Source of the DNA: a virus
Lineage: Duplodnaviria; Caudoviricetes
Virus record (IMG/VR): IMGVR_UViG_3300008110_007313
Reading direction: 5' to 3' (one strand)
Length of the DNA stretch: 64,000 bases
The notes under the pieces were generated by a model. That model saw only the letters and a list, made by a program, of their open reading frames with translations. It searched no databases and was not told the DNA's origin. Each line of letters opens with the position of its first letter. Position 1 is the first letter of the stretch. Below are positions 43,673 to 54,006 of this stretch, in pieces. The translations under genes were made by a program, and so were the position numbers.

Positions 43673-45123
43673 CCTGTTTTTATCTGTCCCAGTAACTGTT
43701 TGAGTTTGGCTGTTTGTACATCAGCGGTTACTTTAGGAACGTCACTTGAGTGAACCATTGGTTTTTCCCATGCGTGTGTGCCTGTGGGTTTCTCCCACTT
43801 AGTTGGCGAATCTTCCGATGGCGCTACTGTGCTTTTGGCCTTGATTGAATCCATGATACTGGGCTTTACTCCACCACGGAAATTGTCTTGTTCGTCGCCG
43901 CCTGCATCGGTAATACGCATAGTGTTAATATCGTATTCAAGATCGATTTTCTGTCCTACACCTGTTGAACTACGACTTTTCATACATTGAATCTGATACT
44001 TGCCTCGCTCTTTCATAGCCCGGCTCGTGAAAATACCAAATACATTGTCCGCTGTATTGATCTTACTAATACCACCACTAATATGACTGTGATCAAATTC
44101 AATCTCCTCCACAGCTGATCGATTCAATTGCGATGCGGTCACAAGCAATATGCCCAGTTCTTTGGCCAAGTTACGCAGTTCTTCACTCACATACTTGTCT
44201 TTGACAAACAGATCGTTGGGACTGACTTTGGCGCTGACAGGCATCAACAAGTCCAAATAGTCAACCATCATGAAGTCAACTCGGTGTCCTGTTTTGATTT
44301 GATATTCTTTTAAGAATGCACGAATGTCATTGATGTTGCTTTGTGCTGGCAATGCTTTGACTTGATAGCTACCTGCCTTCTTGCCTACCATTTTGACTTT
44401 AAGGGCTGCTGTTGATTTGTCTCGACGAATATCTTTAGTTGACATATCTGTCAACATAGCTGCCGTACGCAGACCAGTGAGTTCCTCACTGAGTTCTAGC
44501 GAAACATAAACACCATGCAAGCCCTGTTGTACCCAGTTCAGTGCAATGTTCATCATCACAAGACTCTTGCCTGATCCTGAGCCACCTGCAAAGATGTTGA
44601 GTTCGCCGCGACTAAACCCACCATACAGCAGTCTATCCACTTGTGGCCAACCTGTTGATACTTGTCCGCCTGCATCAAAGTACTTGGTAAACATACCCTC
44701 AGGATCGGCCCAAAAATCTGTGCCAAGATCCTTGGTTAAAGAAATTTGTACTGCATCTTTAATCAATTTTTCTACAGGCTCAAACTCACCTTTTTCCAAC
44801 AGATCTGCACTTTTAAGAATTGCACGTTCAAGTTCTTGGCGCTTGGTAAACGCTTCAAACTCAGTCATAAACCAATCATAGTGTCCTTCATTCAAGTCAG
44901 GCACTGATTGTAATTTAATTCCTGTGGCCGCTGTGATCTGTGCACGATCAGGCAACGTGCTGTATTTGGCACTGTGTTCTTTGATAAACTCCGCTGCTCG
45001 GCGTATGCTTTTATCAAAGTTGTCTGGGTTATAAATGTTCTGCACACGCACATAGCTCTGTGCATCTTCCAACATCATTTCCAGGAACAGGCGCTGTACG
45101 TCAACTCCGTAGTCTTTTAACAA
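43669..45123 (-). CDS. replicative DnaB/gp41-type helicase
   Basis: GGSGSGKS, SLELS, VDYLDL, ASQLNR, KSRS. Confidence 0.95.
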   Translation of the reverse strand: MLKDYGVDVQRLFLEMMLEDAQSYVRVQNIYNPDNFDKSIRRAAEFIKEHSAKYSTLPDRAQITAATGIKLQSVPDLNEGHYDWFMTEFEAFTKRQELERAILKSADLLEKGEFEPVEKLIKDAVQISLTKDLGTDFWADPEGMFTKYFDAGGQVSTGWPQVDRLLYGGFSRGELNIFAGGSGSGKSLVMMNIALNWVQQGLHGVYVSLELSEELTGLRTAAMLTDMSTKDIRRDKSTAALKVKMVGKKAGSYQVKALPAQSNINDIRAFLKEYQIKTGHRVDFMMVDYLDLLMPVSAKVSPNDLFVKDKYVSEELRNLAKELGILLVTASQLNRSAVEEIEFDHSHISGGISKINTADNVFGIFTSRAMKERGKYQIQCMKSRSSTGVGQKIDLEYDINTMRITDAGGDEQDNFRGGVKPSIMDSIKAKSTVAPSEDSPTKWEKPTGTHAWEKPMVHSSDVPKVTADVQTAKLKQLLGQIKTG

Positions 45124-46084
45124 GTTGTTTCTTCCTTAATTCTATTTTGATTCTGCTGGTTTCTCTAGCTTGAAGTATAGTTAGCAAAGTTCCAAGTCGT
45201 CCATACTTCTTTACTGCATCATTTACATCTTTGCAATCTTCCCAGTTGGGTATGCTTACTGCCCAGCCCAGTTCTACGGCGCGGTCAATCAAGTCCAACC
45301 CTGCTTGGTCTTGGTCGGGCACCACAGTGATTTCTCGTCCTAGACCACGGATCATTCTAGCCTGTGCATCACTGATTTCATTGTGCATGACTGCTAGGCC
45401 GCCAATACTGAGTGCATCAAATATGCCTTCGGTCACAATCACATGTTGCCAGTCTGGATGCTGTAAGTCAGTGCCGAACACATACCCTGGCTGCACATCA
45501 GAAATAAATTTAGGAATCTTGTTGTCAATAAATCTTGAAGTGTAGCCTACAATTTTGTTTTCGTGTGTGAACGGCACAATTACACAAGGTCTGGTCCAGT
45601 GAACTCCATCGGTGCGGATAGGAGTCATCATGGGAAAGTCTTCAGGTACACGTCGATCACGAATGTAGTCCCAGTACCTAGGATGTTCCTGTGTGATCAA
45701 TTCACTGCCCGGTGGCAGCTCACGTTCTTCAAAATCAATGCCTTGTAATACACTGAACACACGTTGTCGGTCTTCTACAATGCCGTAGATACTACGATGG
45801 CGTAAACTTTCCAAGTTAGCCAGTTCAATATCTCGTTCAGGCACACCCAGCCAACTCAAGAGCCTACGGGCCTTGAAGCTCACAGAGCGGCCAAGGATAA
45901 AGCTGGCGGTGTAGCCGCAATTGAAACAGTGATAGCTCCAGCCTTGTTCGTTTGTTTTGATTCCGCCTCGTTGACGTCGGTCTGGGCTGTTGCCGTTGTG
46001 ATGACAACATGGAGCGTTGAAACTGACCCACCCACTGGGACTGGCTTTGCGTTTTGCAGGTAGGTATTGAACAATATCAAGCAT
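45101..46084 (-). CDS. DNA primase (gp61/DnaG-like)
   Basis: Zn domain CC..HCFNC; TOPRIM EGIFD, DQD, KDVND. Confidence 0.92.
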   Translation of the reverse strand: MLDIVQYLPAKRKASPSGWVSFNAPCCHHNGNSPDRRQRGGIKTNEQGWSYHCFNCGYTASFILGRSVSFKARRLLSWLGVPERDIELANLESLRHRSIYGIVEDRQRVFSVLQGIDFEERELPPGSELITQEHPRYWDYIRDRRVPEDFPMMTPIRTDGVHWTRPCVIVPFTHENKIVGYTSRFIDNKIPKFISDVQPGYVFGTDLQHPDWQHVIVTEGIFDALSIGGLAVMHNEISDAQARMIRGLGREITVVPDQDQAGLDLIDRAVELGWAVSIPNWEDCKDVNDAVKKYGRLGTLLTILQARETSRIKIELRKKQLVKRLRS

Positions 46085-46108
46085 CTGCTTATTATAGCAG
46101 AGTTTGTA

Positions 46109-47179
46109 TCAACGGTACATCAAATTGGTCACTGTACCATTGTTAATGATAACATTGGCCATGAGCGTGTTACCAAAAGTAATAGGCAGATATCCAGAGC
46201 CGCCATCGATCACAGTTATTGGCCCACAGGTGCCATCGCTGGCCAAACTAGCCACAGCCCGTGCGCCGGCACCGTTGCCTACAATAACAACATTGGGCGG
46301 AGCAACATAGTTGCTGCCTGGGTTGTTGAGAGTAATTCCTGTGACTACTCCGTTGACCACTGTGGCACTGGCCTGCGCACCCCATCCCTGACTTTGGTTA
46401 AACGACAAACGAAGCAAGGGGTGGAACCCTGCTACATTAAGATAGACTGTACTGGTCTCGTCAAAATACTGTGTAGAATCTGTAACGTTGTACCAGGGCG
46501 ACTCGTAGTCTTCGGCTGCTTGCGCTTTGATTGTTCCTGTGAAATGGGTGAGTTCCATTTTAAACGTGGTCAAACTAGCACCCAAGGTAGGTATATGACT
46601 GCTGTAAAACTCAGTCTGTTGCAAATAATTCAATGGTTGCGGAGTCAGTGCCCAGTCTGGCCAACCCGAAGGTGGATTTGCTGGCCAGGAAGTAGGACCA
46701 TAGATAGTGGGTATGGTCAAATTTACACTGTCTTGAAACTGCGGAAACACTGAGTCCACAATGTTGGCATCGCCGCGGGCACCTGAATTGTCATCTACAA
46801 ACACAGCCTGTACATAGTTTCCAGCTGATCGTTGGATGCTGTAACTGGCCGGTTGTGCCAGCAGGTTAATAGTATCGGTAGTGTTTAACACTACTTTGAC
46901 ACGTCCAGTGCTGGCACTGAGTACTTCCATGTCCTTGGACAGCAACAGTTCATTGCCGTTTTGACCGATTAGACGGAATACAAAATTGCTGCCAGTGATG
47001 TTTACTGGCTTTTGATCTTGATTGATGAATTCAAACAAAAGCACGTTGTCCACGCCCTTGTTTATGGTTAAATATTTTGCGTACACTGGGTCATACCTCA
47101 CAGTAAAGTAACCACCACTGGTGTCAACTAACAAAACTCTGGTTATCTGCTGGTATAAGTAAACGGTGGTTGAATACAT
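46109..47179 (-). CDS. probable virion structural protein
   Basis: Start MYSTTVYLY; C-terminal GVVTGITLNNPGSNY / ITVIDGGSGY repeats. Confidence 0.7.
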   Translation of the reverse strand: MYSTTVYLYQQITRVLLVDTSGGYFTVRYDPVYAKYLTINKGVDNVLLFEFINQDQKPVNITGSNFVFRLIGQNGNELLLSKDMEVLSASTGRVKVVLNTTDTINLLAQPASYSIQRSAGNYVQAVFVDDNSGARGDANIVDSVFPQFQDSVNLTIPTIYGPTSWPANPPSGWPDWALTPQPLNYLQQTEFYSSHIPTLGASLTTFKMELTHFTGTIKAQAAEDYESPWYNVTDSTQYFDETSTVYLNVAGFHPLLRLSFNQSQGWGAQASATVVNGVVTGITLNNPGSNYVAPPNVVIVGNGAGARAVASLASDGTCGPITVIDGGSGYLPITFGNTLMANVIINNGTVTNLMYR

Positions 47180-47200
47180 GGTGATCCTCAAATAATATTT

Positions 47201-47578
47201 ATGGGCAGTGATATCTTTGCAAAATTGGCTGAAAAATACCCTTTCATAACGCTGTGCGTCTATGCTAACAACGAATACGTAGGGGTAGTACAAAACAGAG
47301 ACGACTCTGTTACAACAATCTACGACTTTGGGGCTATTGTTAGCCAGCAAGACAAGATGATGTTTCTAGATTTAGCTACTACTTGGTGGTGGGAAAGCAA
47401 TCGTAGTATACCCATAAACATATTCTTACGCGGAGATTGGGACAGATTCCGACATACCCTACGCACATTCAGTAACAAAGATTTAGAAATTATTCACGGA
47501 CCTGTTTGCAGTCTCAGCGATATTACCCGTAAAAAGGTCAAACGCAAGAGTATTACCCTGGTCAAACGTCTTGGTTGA
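47201..47578 (+). CDS. conserved hypothetical protein
   Basis: EKYPFIT..WWWESNRSIPINIFL. Confidence 0.8.
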   Translation: MGSDIFAKLAEKYPFITLCVYANNEYVGVVQNRDDSVTTIYDFGAIVSQQDKMMFLDLATTWWWESNRSIPINIFLRGDWDRFRHTLRTFSNKDLEIIHGPVCSLSDITRKKVKRKSITLVKRLG

Positions 47579-48122
47579 GAAGATTCATATGCAGTGCTAC
47601 CAAGGCTGCGTAACTGATCGCATGTGCCTTTTTGAATGTGTATCCCCGACTAGTATCTCCATCCCACACTGACGCAAACACTTCTGCCCAGGGTTGCCGT
47701 TGTAGGTGTGCTTTACCTGGACGAATAATTGATATAAAAGCAGCCAGTCTTGGTATGCTGTCTGGCTTCATTTCTTTTAACAAATCATAGTAATTGCCCA
47801 CGTGCGCCAACTGGCCGACCCAGTGCGCATCAGTCCACAGTCGACTCCAAGGAGGAGTTGCTGCCAACATAGCTTCATAGTGTTCAGGACTCTGAATCAA
47901 GCTGTACACACTCATGTTCAGGAAGTCCAGCTTGAAGTAGCCACGTTGTTCTGCTGTTTCATAATCAATGGCCGCACACTGGTTCACCGGATCTTGCGGA
48001 ATGTCAGTGACATACACTCCCGAATTGTGCCGTCGCCCATCGCTTTGTCGTGCGGCTGTGTGCTGAATCAAATTCAGCACAGCATTTCGGTCAGCAAAGT
48101 CCAAGTCAATATCTGCGCTCAT
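47562..48122 (-). CDS. minimal DNA polymerase III alpha (DnaE) palm-like protein
   Basis: DIDLDF, HNSGVYV, FKLDFL, IRPG, FKKAHAISYA in 186 aa. Confidence 0.85.
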   Translation of the reverse strand: MSADIDLDFADRNAVLNLIQHTAARQSDGRRHNSGVYVTDIPQDPVNQCAAIDYETAEQRGYFKLDFLNMSVYSLIQSPEHYEAMLAATPPWSRLWTDAHWVGQLAHVGNYYDLLKEMKPDSIPRLAAFISIIRPGKAHLQRQPWAEVFASVWDGDTSRGYTFKKAHAISYAALVALHMNLLNQDV

Positions 48123-48466
48123 TTTGTATCACACAATGCCATGGCTATCTTTAGTGCATCTTCGGCTCGATCACGTGCCAGCAAAGCATCTGCTACCGTG
48201 GGGTGTGTTCGAGCTAACGCTTGCATACGCTCTTCCTCGACCATTTTAGTTTGTGCCCATTGTATAATTTCTCTAGTCTCGTTGTCTAGCTCAATTTGCG
48301 GATAACTAGATGTCATGGGCAACCATGAGCTGCCATCATACACTTCAATATTGTTACCGTTGTACCGTACCATGCCGGCACTGGGTCGACTCATGTCTAC
48401 GTAAGGTGAATTGTACACATTGCCTGCAATGTGTATTCCTTGTCCGCCTGTGATATTTCTAATCAT
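48119..48466 (-). CDS. hypothetical protein
   Basis: 115 aa, coupled. Confidence 0.75.
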   Translation of the reverse strand: MIRNITGGQGIHIAGNVYNSPYVDMSRPSAGMVRYNGNNIEVYDGSSWLPMTSSYPQIELDNETREIIQWAQTKMVEEERMQALARTHPTVADALLARDRAEDALKIAMALCDTK

Positions 48467-48467
48467 A

Positions 48468-49154
48468 TTACCATCCTGCTTGAGTTAGTATTTCTTGAGC
48501 ATACAGTTTATCTTTGGGGTGCTCTTTGAATTTCTTTTGCCATACATCAGAATTGATATAGGGCCATACTATTGCCAGTTGTTCTGTGTTGAGCTCACCT
48601 AGAAATTTCTGACCAGACTCAGAATTATAAATGGCCCACGGACTGACACGACCGCTTGTTATTGCATAACATATAGCATTGGAATTGCCATAACGCAAAC
48701 AGTCATGTGCTGGATGCCCTGTTTTCTCGTTCCAGTCCATGCTGTATTCTATTGATCTAGCTAGCGCATCGTCCACTGCTTCAGTTGGCAAGTAATACTG
48801 AAGATACTCTGTGTAGATCTGATCGCTGCACCAGCGGTCAATCTTTTTGTTTTGTTTTAATAACCAGTCCATAAAACGCGGCGGGTTGATTACTCGTGTA
48901 TCTACACAGTAGCGTCCAAATTTTACAAAGGCCTTGTAATAAGCACTGTCAGCAAAGTCATCGAATGTCTTGGCTGCCGAAGGTTGTAGTGTACGATAAA
49001 ATAGTAAAAATGCATGGAGGCCTAATTGAACTCCACGCTCGCTCTTTTCTAATCTACGTCTCTTGCGTTCACACATGTGCACCAGTACACTGCTTTCGCG
49101 TACAAATGTCTTGTTACAAAACTCGCAGACAAATTTATTTTGTGTCTGTTCCAT
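48468..49154 (-). CDS. Zn-finger-containing hypothetical protein
   Basis: CEFC-x12-HMC. Confidence 0.75.
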   Translation of the reverse strand: MEQTQNKFVCEFCNKTFVRESSVLVHMCERKRRRLEKSERGVQLGLHAFLLFYRTLQPSAAKTFDDFADSAYYKAFVKFGRYCVDTRVINPPRFMDWLLKQNKKIDRWCSDQIYTEYLQYYLPTEAVDDALARSIEYSMDWNEKTGHPAHDCLRYGNSNAICYAITSGRVSPWAIYNSESGQKFLGELNTEQLAIVWPYINSDVWQKKFKEHPKDKLYAQEILTQAGW

Positions 49155-49584
49155 GCTTGCGCAAATACTCATCTAATTCTTTTTTGGTTGTAATGGTAGC
49201 CAATAGATCTAGTTCGTCACTTTTGTAATTCGGGAATAGTTCAGCCAGTTGTTTACGAACAGCACCACTACCTTCTTTCTTTTTAGGCGAGATCCAATTG
49301 TGTTTGAACGCACCCATGTCAGGACTCACTGTGGTGGCCATGAGCCATTGCAATTTTTTATGGCGTGTGGAGTTGAAACTAAAAAAGTGTTTGTTCAGTC
49401 TTTCGTTGGTTGAAATCACATAGAACTCCTGTAAGTCACGCGATCCTTCCACGCAACTTCCCCAACGGATCATCAGGAACGGAGCAAACTTTTTGCGTTC
49501 TTCATCTGTAAGCTCGTCGTAGAAGTCTCGATTCTTGCGATCAAATTGTCGCATCTCGTTGGCAATGTTTAGTTTGTCACTCAT
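49135..49584 (-). CDS. hypothetical protein, possible clamp-loader small subunit (gp62-like)
   Basis: APFLMIRW..N..HF..; position in replication cluster. Confidence 0.45.
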   Translation of the reverse strand: MSDKLNIANEMRQFDRKNRDFYDELTDEERKKFAPFLMIRWGSCVEGSRDLQEFYVISTNERLNKHFFSFNSTRHKKLQWLMATTVSPDMGAFKHNWISPKKKEGSGAVRKQLAELFPNYKSDELDLLATITTKKELDEYLRKHGTDTK

Positions 49585-49826
49585 GGGGTTTTCTTTAAAT
49601 TATACAACACAAACAACTGATCCAGCAACTCACGCATAGCCGGATCTGTTTCGCACATGGTCAGAACATGGTTTATTTCGCTGCGATATCCTCGCATGGC
49701 TAGGCCTGAATCGTTGTTGTCGGCCCACCCTACCATTCGTCGCTTGGTTTCGCCAAACTTACGAGCATAGATTCGATTGTCCACTCGCTCGTAGATGTAA
49801 GTTGCACCAGGAGTTAGATTGCCCAT
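49581..49826 (-). CDS. hypothetical protein
   Basis: 81 aa; PGATYIYER. Confidence 0.75.
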   Translation of the reverse strand: MGNLTPGATYIYERVDNRIYARKFGETKRRMVGWADNNDSGLAMRGYRSEINHVLTMCETDPAMRELLDQLFVLYNLKKTP

Positions 49827-50161
49827 TAGTGATTCCGTTTGCCATCAAACACACAGTTGAATATCAAGTTCTGTTCGCCGTCGTTGATTACTCTATGAAA
49901 TGCGCCATCGGGAATCAGGATAATGTCGCCGGCATTGACTCTGAACTTTTGTTCATTTACTATCATCATACCTGTGCCTTTTACAAAGAAGTAAACTTCT
50001 TCTTGTCCCTCATGACTATGGCCACGTGTGGCCTGTCCTCGATACAGTTTGGTTGAACTCAGCACAAGATTGTTCAAGGTCTTGTTGTCTTTCAACAAGT
50101 AGGTTTCGTTGTCTTTGACTATTTCTCCACCAACGTCGTTCACAGTATATTTCAAGTTCAT
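49826..50161 (-). CDS. cupin domain protein
   Basis: HSHEGQEEVY..GD..IP..FH. Confidence 0.9.
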   Translation of the reverse strand: MNLKYTVNDVGGEIVKDNETYLLKDNKTLNNLVLSSTKLYRGQATRGHSHEGQEEVYFFVKGTGMMIVNEQKFRVNAGDIILIPDGAFHRVINDGEQNLIFNCVFDGKRNH

Positions 50162-50165
50162 AAGA

Positions 50166-50666
50166 TCACCATGCTTTGTTGTAGTCTACAATTTCGCAGT
50201 TGCGACTGACGTCTTTGACAAAGTAAACGCATTCAGGATTGTCGCCGTCAGTAATTGGCACCGCTAACAATTGTCCATTTTTTAACTTTGGTGCATACCA
50301 AGACACTTCGTGATAGACATCTAAGATTTCAATGTCAGGAAAACTAGGTCTAAAACTACTAAGTGGGTTGAATTGGAATACCTTGAACCCACGGTCATTG
50401 ATTGAAGTTAATGGTAACACTTCAAGATCACCCATGTCGGGTTCTCCTATCAGGACCTGCCAGTCCATGGGCATACGAATAGTATGTTCTCCAATGCGTA
50501 ACACCAGAGCTGGCGAATTAAAACTTTCTAAAAATATTAGAGGAATAAAATAATAGTCTGGTTCAGCAGGATTAGAGTTGTCTAATATGCTGAAACGCAT
50601 GTCGTCTATTTCTTCAGGAAGATGATCTAGATCGTAGGTTTGATTGTCAAGTGTAAGAATTCTCAT
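50166..50666 (-). CDS. conserved hypothetical protein
   Basis: 166 aa upstream-linked to UvsW region; leaderless promoter. Confidence 0.8.
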   Translation of the reverse strand: MRILTLDNQTYDLDHLPEEIDDMRFSILDNSNPAEPDYYFIPLIFLESFNSPALVLRIGEHTIRMPMDWQVLIGEPDMGDLEVLPLTSINDRGFKVFQFNPLSSFRPSFPDIEILDVYHEVSWYAPKLKNGQLLAVPITDGDNPECVYFVKDVSRNCEIVDYNKAW

Positions 50667-50672
50667 ATCATT

Positions 50673-50701
50673 ATTTTACAGGTTCCTATACATAAAGTCA
50701 A
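50673..50701 (-). promoter_or_regulatory. sigma70 promoter (leaderless)
   Basis: TTGACT-17-TAAAAT, 6 nt, ATG. Confidence 0.75.
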
Positions 50702-50715
50702 CTATATAGTATAGT

Positions 50716-51483
50716 ATGATTACCAAAACATCAATTTATTATCAAGAAGATCTTGCACCAGCATTTGAATTGTCACCGTTTTTATCGCATGGCACCTGCA
50801 CAGTATGCAACAAAAACACAGAGTTTGCAATTGACTCTGATTATCCTGACTTGTTTATGACCTACCGGGAAAGTGCTAGATGTGTGCAATGCAATCTAAT
50901 AGCCAGACAACGTGTGGTCATGACTGCTGTAAAACTTTTTGCTCAGCCTGGAAATGTTGTTTACTTACAAGAACAAGTGACCAGCAGCTATGAATGGGCG
51001 GTAAAAAATCTCACTGAGTGTACTGTAATTGGCAGCGAGTATGTGCCCAATGGCGGTCCGCCTGACATACGCCACGAGAATGTCGAAAGTTTGTCATTTG
51101 CTGATGCTAGCACGGATATTATTGTGAGTCAAGATGTATTCGAACATGTGGCCAATCCCTGGCAAGGGTTTGCTGAATGTTATAGAGTGCTTATTCCTGG
51201 TGGCCGTATGTTTATGACCATTCCCTTTGCCGGCGATCCTGCTCATCTTACTGTTGATCGTGTGAAACAAGGACTACCTGATCGTTATCACGGCAATCCA
51301 CTCAACGACCAAGGTAGTCTAGTGTATTCAGATTTTGGCTGGGATCTAGTGAGACGACTAAAAAAAATCGGCTTTGCAGTAGAAATGTCTGTGTATCGTT
51401 GTAGTGAACTGGGCTGGGCTAGTCCTATACTGCTGTTCGAGTTGATCAAGCCAGTTTCATCCAATCCAGTCGTTCCTGTGTGA
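50716..51483 (+). CDS. class I SAM methyltransferase (type 11-like) with Zn ribbon
   Basis: CxxC pairs; DIIVSQDVFEHV..RVLIPGG..TIP. Confidence 0.85.
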   Translation: MITKTSIYYQEDLAPAFELSPFLSHGTCTVCNKNTEFAIDSDYPDLFMTYRESARCVQCNLIARQRVVMTAVKLFAQPGNVVYLQEQVTSSYEWAVKNLTECTVIGSEYVPNGGPPDIRHENVESLSFADASTDIIVSQDVFEHVANPWQGFAECYRVLIPGGRMFMTIPFAGDPAHLTVDRVKQGLPDRYHGNPLNDQGSLVYSDFGWDLVRRLKKIGFAVEMSVYRCSELGWASPILLFELIKPVSSNPVVPV

Positions 51484-52915
51484 AAGGATAATTGGCTTCT
51501 TTGTAGTAGGCTTTGCGCTTGGTCAAGTGGCGTTTAGCAAACTTGCAAGTGCTAGTTACATCCCAGATCTCCACATGATCTTTATCTTCCGCCTTACGTA
51601 TGCCACGGCCAATCGACTGAATGACTCTAGTAAAACTCTTACCAGACTCAACCATAACCAAATTAAAAATACGGGGGATGTTAATACCAACAGCAGCCAC
51701 CCCATATGTTGCCACAATGATTTTATCTGTTGCTTCAGCCACTTCATCATATTCGCTTTGTCTATCTTTGGATTTTGTTGCGCCCGACACAAACACCGCC
51801 CGGTCCCCTAGTCTTTCAACCAAGGCATGTCCAGCAGCCACACGATCCACCAGCACCAAGGTATTGCCTGTTTCGTTTACTTGACGGACCAATGCCGCTA
51901 TAGCATCCAGTCGGCCTGACTCTTCCAGCAAATACTTTAGTTCTTTTTGATAGTCTGCAAACTCCACATGATCCATTAGTTGCACAATGTTGACGTGACA
52001 CTGCGCTAACACTCCTTGCTGTTGTAATTCGTTGGCCGACAGTCTACCTATCACAGGACCCAAGCTAACCAACAGTGCTTGGCTTTCGAACTTTTCTTTT
52101 GGCACAGTACCTGTTAAACCCCAACGAATTGGCACTTGCGCCATTACACTGGTCAGCAGGGTTTTTAATGCATCTGCTTTGGCCATGTGTACTTCATCTA
52201 CCATGACACATACCACACCCTCAATAAAATCCTGTATGGTGCAATCGCCTACACCGGCTTTGGTGTTCTTCAACAGCACATTGAGACTTTGCCAGGTACA
52301 TATGGTATGTGTACGACCCCACTCTTTGCGATCACCAAAATATACACCAACATCCAGGCCCAAGTTTACATAATCCCGTTCAGTCTGGCGCACAAGATCT
52401 TTGTTGGGCACAATAACAATTGATCTACCATGTGCTTCCACTGCGGCACTCAGCGTAGCAGTCATAATTGTTTTGCCGGCGCCTGTGGCCACTTCTTGTA
52501 TGCACTGCGGATTTTGTAGGAAGTTATTGATGATTTCAACTTGATAATCACGCAACATCACAGGCTGCCCCTCAGCAGGATGTCCTTTGGGCCAGGTCTT
52601 GTGAGCCCAGGTAAGCTCTTCCACTACATTAAAATCAAATGTATTAGAATATGTACGTTGGTCATCTAGCTCGATATCGTAGTCGTACTGTTCTAAAATA
52701 GGAATGATTTCGGGCAGTAAGTTTGTGTATGTAGATCCACCTAGTTGGAAGTAACTGACTTTGCCGTCCCATCGTCCTAGGCGTACTGCTGGAAGATACC
52801 TTGCATAAGGCACATCATATTTGAAGGTGTTTACTAATTTCTTACGACAGTCTAGATCCAGACCTTCAATCTTGATGTTGACTTCGTCACGTATTTGTAT
52901 TGTGCATTGTTTCAT
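51446..52915 (-). CDS. uvsW: UvsW-like SF2 DNA helicase
   Basis: LRDYQ, ATGAGKT, DEVH, TGT, QSIGRGIR. Confidence 0.93.
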   Translation of the reverse strand: MKQCTIQIRDEVNIKIEGLDLDCRKKLVNTFKYDVPYARYLPAVRLGRWDGKVSYFQLGGSTYTNLLPEIIPILEQYDYDIELDDQRTYSNTFDFNVVEELTWAHKTWPKGHPAEGQPVMLRDYQVEIINNFLQNPQCIQEVATGAGKTIMTATLSAAVEAHGRSIVIVPNKDLVRQTERDYVNLGLDVGVYFGDRKEWGRTHTICTWQSLNVLLKNTKAGVGDCTIQDFIEGVVCVMVDEVHMAKADALKTLLTSVMAQVPIRWGLTGTVPKEKFESQALLVSLGPVIGRLSANELQQQGVLAQCHVNIVQLMDHVEFADYQKELKYLLEESGRLDAIAALVRQVNETGNTLVLVDRVAAGHALVERLGDRAVFVSGATKSKDRQSEYDEVAEATDKIIVATYGVAAVGINIPRIFNLVMVESGKSFTRVIQSIGRGIRKAEDKDHVEIWDVTSTCKFAKRHLTKRKAYYKEANYPFTQERLDWMKLA

Positions 52916-53775
52916 TCTAATGTTACTTTTGTTACATGCTGGCGCTGGGCAATTTCGGCTAGTAAGGTACTGCGTGACACCGTCTCGACCAGCTGGGCAA
53001 GAGGGAAACGCAATGGTAGTGCTCTTGTATTATACACGTTTTCTATGCCACGAGCAAGGAAAAATTCTTGGTGTTCCTGTATGTATTTTGCCATGCTGGG
53101 TGTTTTAGACTCTAGGTCTTGATTGTAAAATGCCACATTGAAATCGGCACTGTAGTGATCAAATGGACGGAACGCATCGTCGCCAATGTATTGGTCATTG
53201 TCGTGCGCAAGGTCTTCTACAGTCTTGCCTATCTCAGCATAGTTCAAATACACAGTGCCAAATCGTATTTTCATTGTGCCATGTTGTCGTTGTAGCACAG
53301 GATCCAATTGTTGTGTCTTGGGCATGCCGTACCAGGTACACACAAACCTATGTGGGTTAGTACCCAGTACACTTTCACATCTATGCACTGCTATGTTTAA
53401 AGAAGCCAAGGCCTCACGAACTGGCACTGGCGCACGATGCCAGAATCTTGTGTTTTGTTGATCTAACAGTCCGTGATACTGCTCAAAGATATTGTGCAGA
53501 TAGTTCAAACAATTTTGATCAAATGTAAATGGATGCCGTATGATGTACTCATAGGAGTTTATGGTTTCAATGCATTGTTTAATCATGTCAATAGCACGGG
53601 CAGTTTCCTCTGCAGGAGTGCCGAATCCATAAAATCTATCTGGATGATCTAGAGGCCACGCATCGCGCTGACTCATACGTTCTAGCCATAGCTCAGTTAT
53701 GGGATTGGCTAGCAGTTGGAATCGTAGTGTTAAAGGGGAGTCATGGCCTAACTCAATAAGCAAGTGTTGAGGCAT
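52912..53775 (-). CDS. hypothetical protein
   Basis: Start MPQHLL; LN..VHRCE, YAEIGKT. Confidence 0.75.
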   Translation of the reverse strand: MPQHLLIELGHDSPLTLRFQLLANPITELWLERMSQRDAWPLDHPDRFYGFGTPAEETARAIDMIKQCIETINSYEYIIRHPFTFDQNCLNYLHNIFEQYHGLLDQQNTRFWHRAPVPVREALASLNIAVHRCESVLGTNPHRFVCTWYGMPKTQQLDPVLQRQHGTMKIRFGTVYLNYAEIGKTVEDLAHDNDQYIGDDAFRPFDHYSADFNVAFYNQDLESKTPSMAKYIQEHQEFFLARGIENVYNTRALPLRFPLAQLVETVSRSTLLAEIAQRQHVTKVTLE

Positions 53776-53780
53776 ATACA

Positions 53781-53809
53781 AGTATATAGCACAATACAAT
53801 TGAAGTCAA
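53781..53809 (-). promoter_or_regulatory. sigma70 promoter (leaderless)
   Basis: TTGACT-17-TATACT, 5 nt, ATG. Confidence 0.7.
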
Positions 53810-53840
53810 AAAAGCAGGTACCTTTTTAGGGGTACCTGCT
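53808..53840 (-). terminator. intrinsic terminator
   Basis: AGCAGGTACC/GGTACCTGCT stem then T tract. Confidence 0.9.
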
Positions 53841-53893
53841 GTAAAGCCTGGGCCGGAGCCAACCGTATAGTGCCCAGGAAAAAAGGAAATGAA

Positions 53894-53998
53894 CTACCTC
53901 ACCACTACCACTTGAAAACCTTGTTGCTGTTGTTCGTCTGCTTCATCTTTGGTATCCACAGCAAACAAAAACAACTCACCATCATAAATTTTGTACAT
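53894..53998 (-). CDS. 34-aa peptide
   Basis: MYKIYDGELFLFAVDTKDEADEQQQQGFQVVVVR; SD AAGGA. Confidence 0.65.
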   Translation of the reverse strand: MYKIYDGELFLFAVDTKDEADEQQQQGFQVVVVR

Positions 53999-54006
53999 AG
54001 TGTTCC

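Noticed and set aside
25313-48122. Inteins or introns in nrdA, helicase or mini-DnaE
   Set aside because: The proteins are normal length or shorter, with no splice motifs or homing endonuclease
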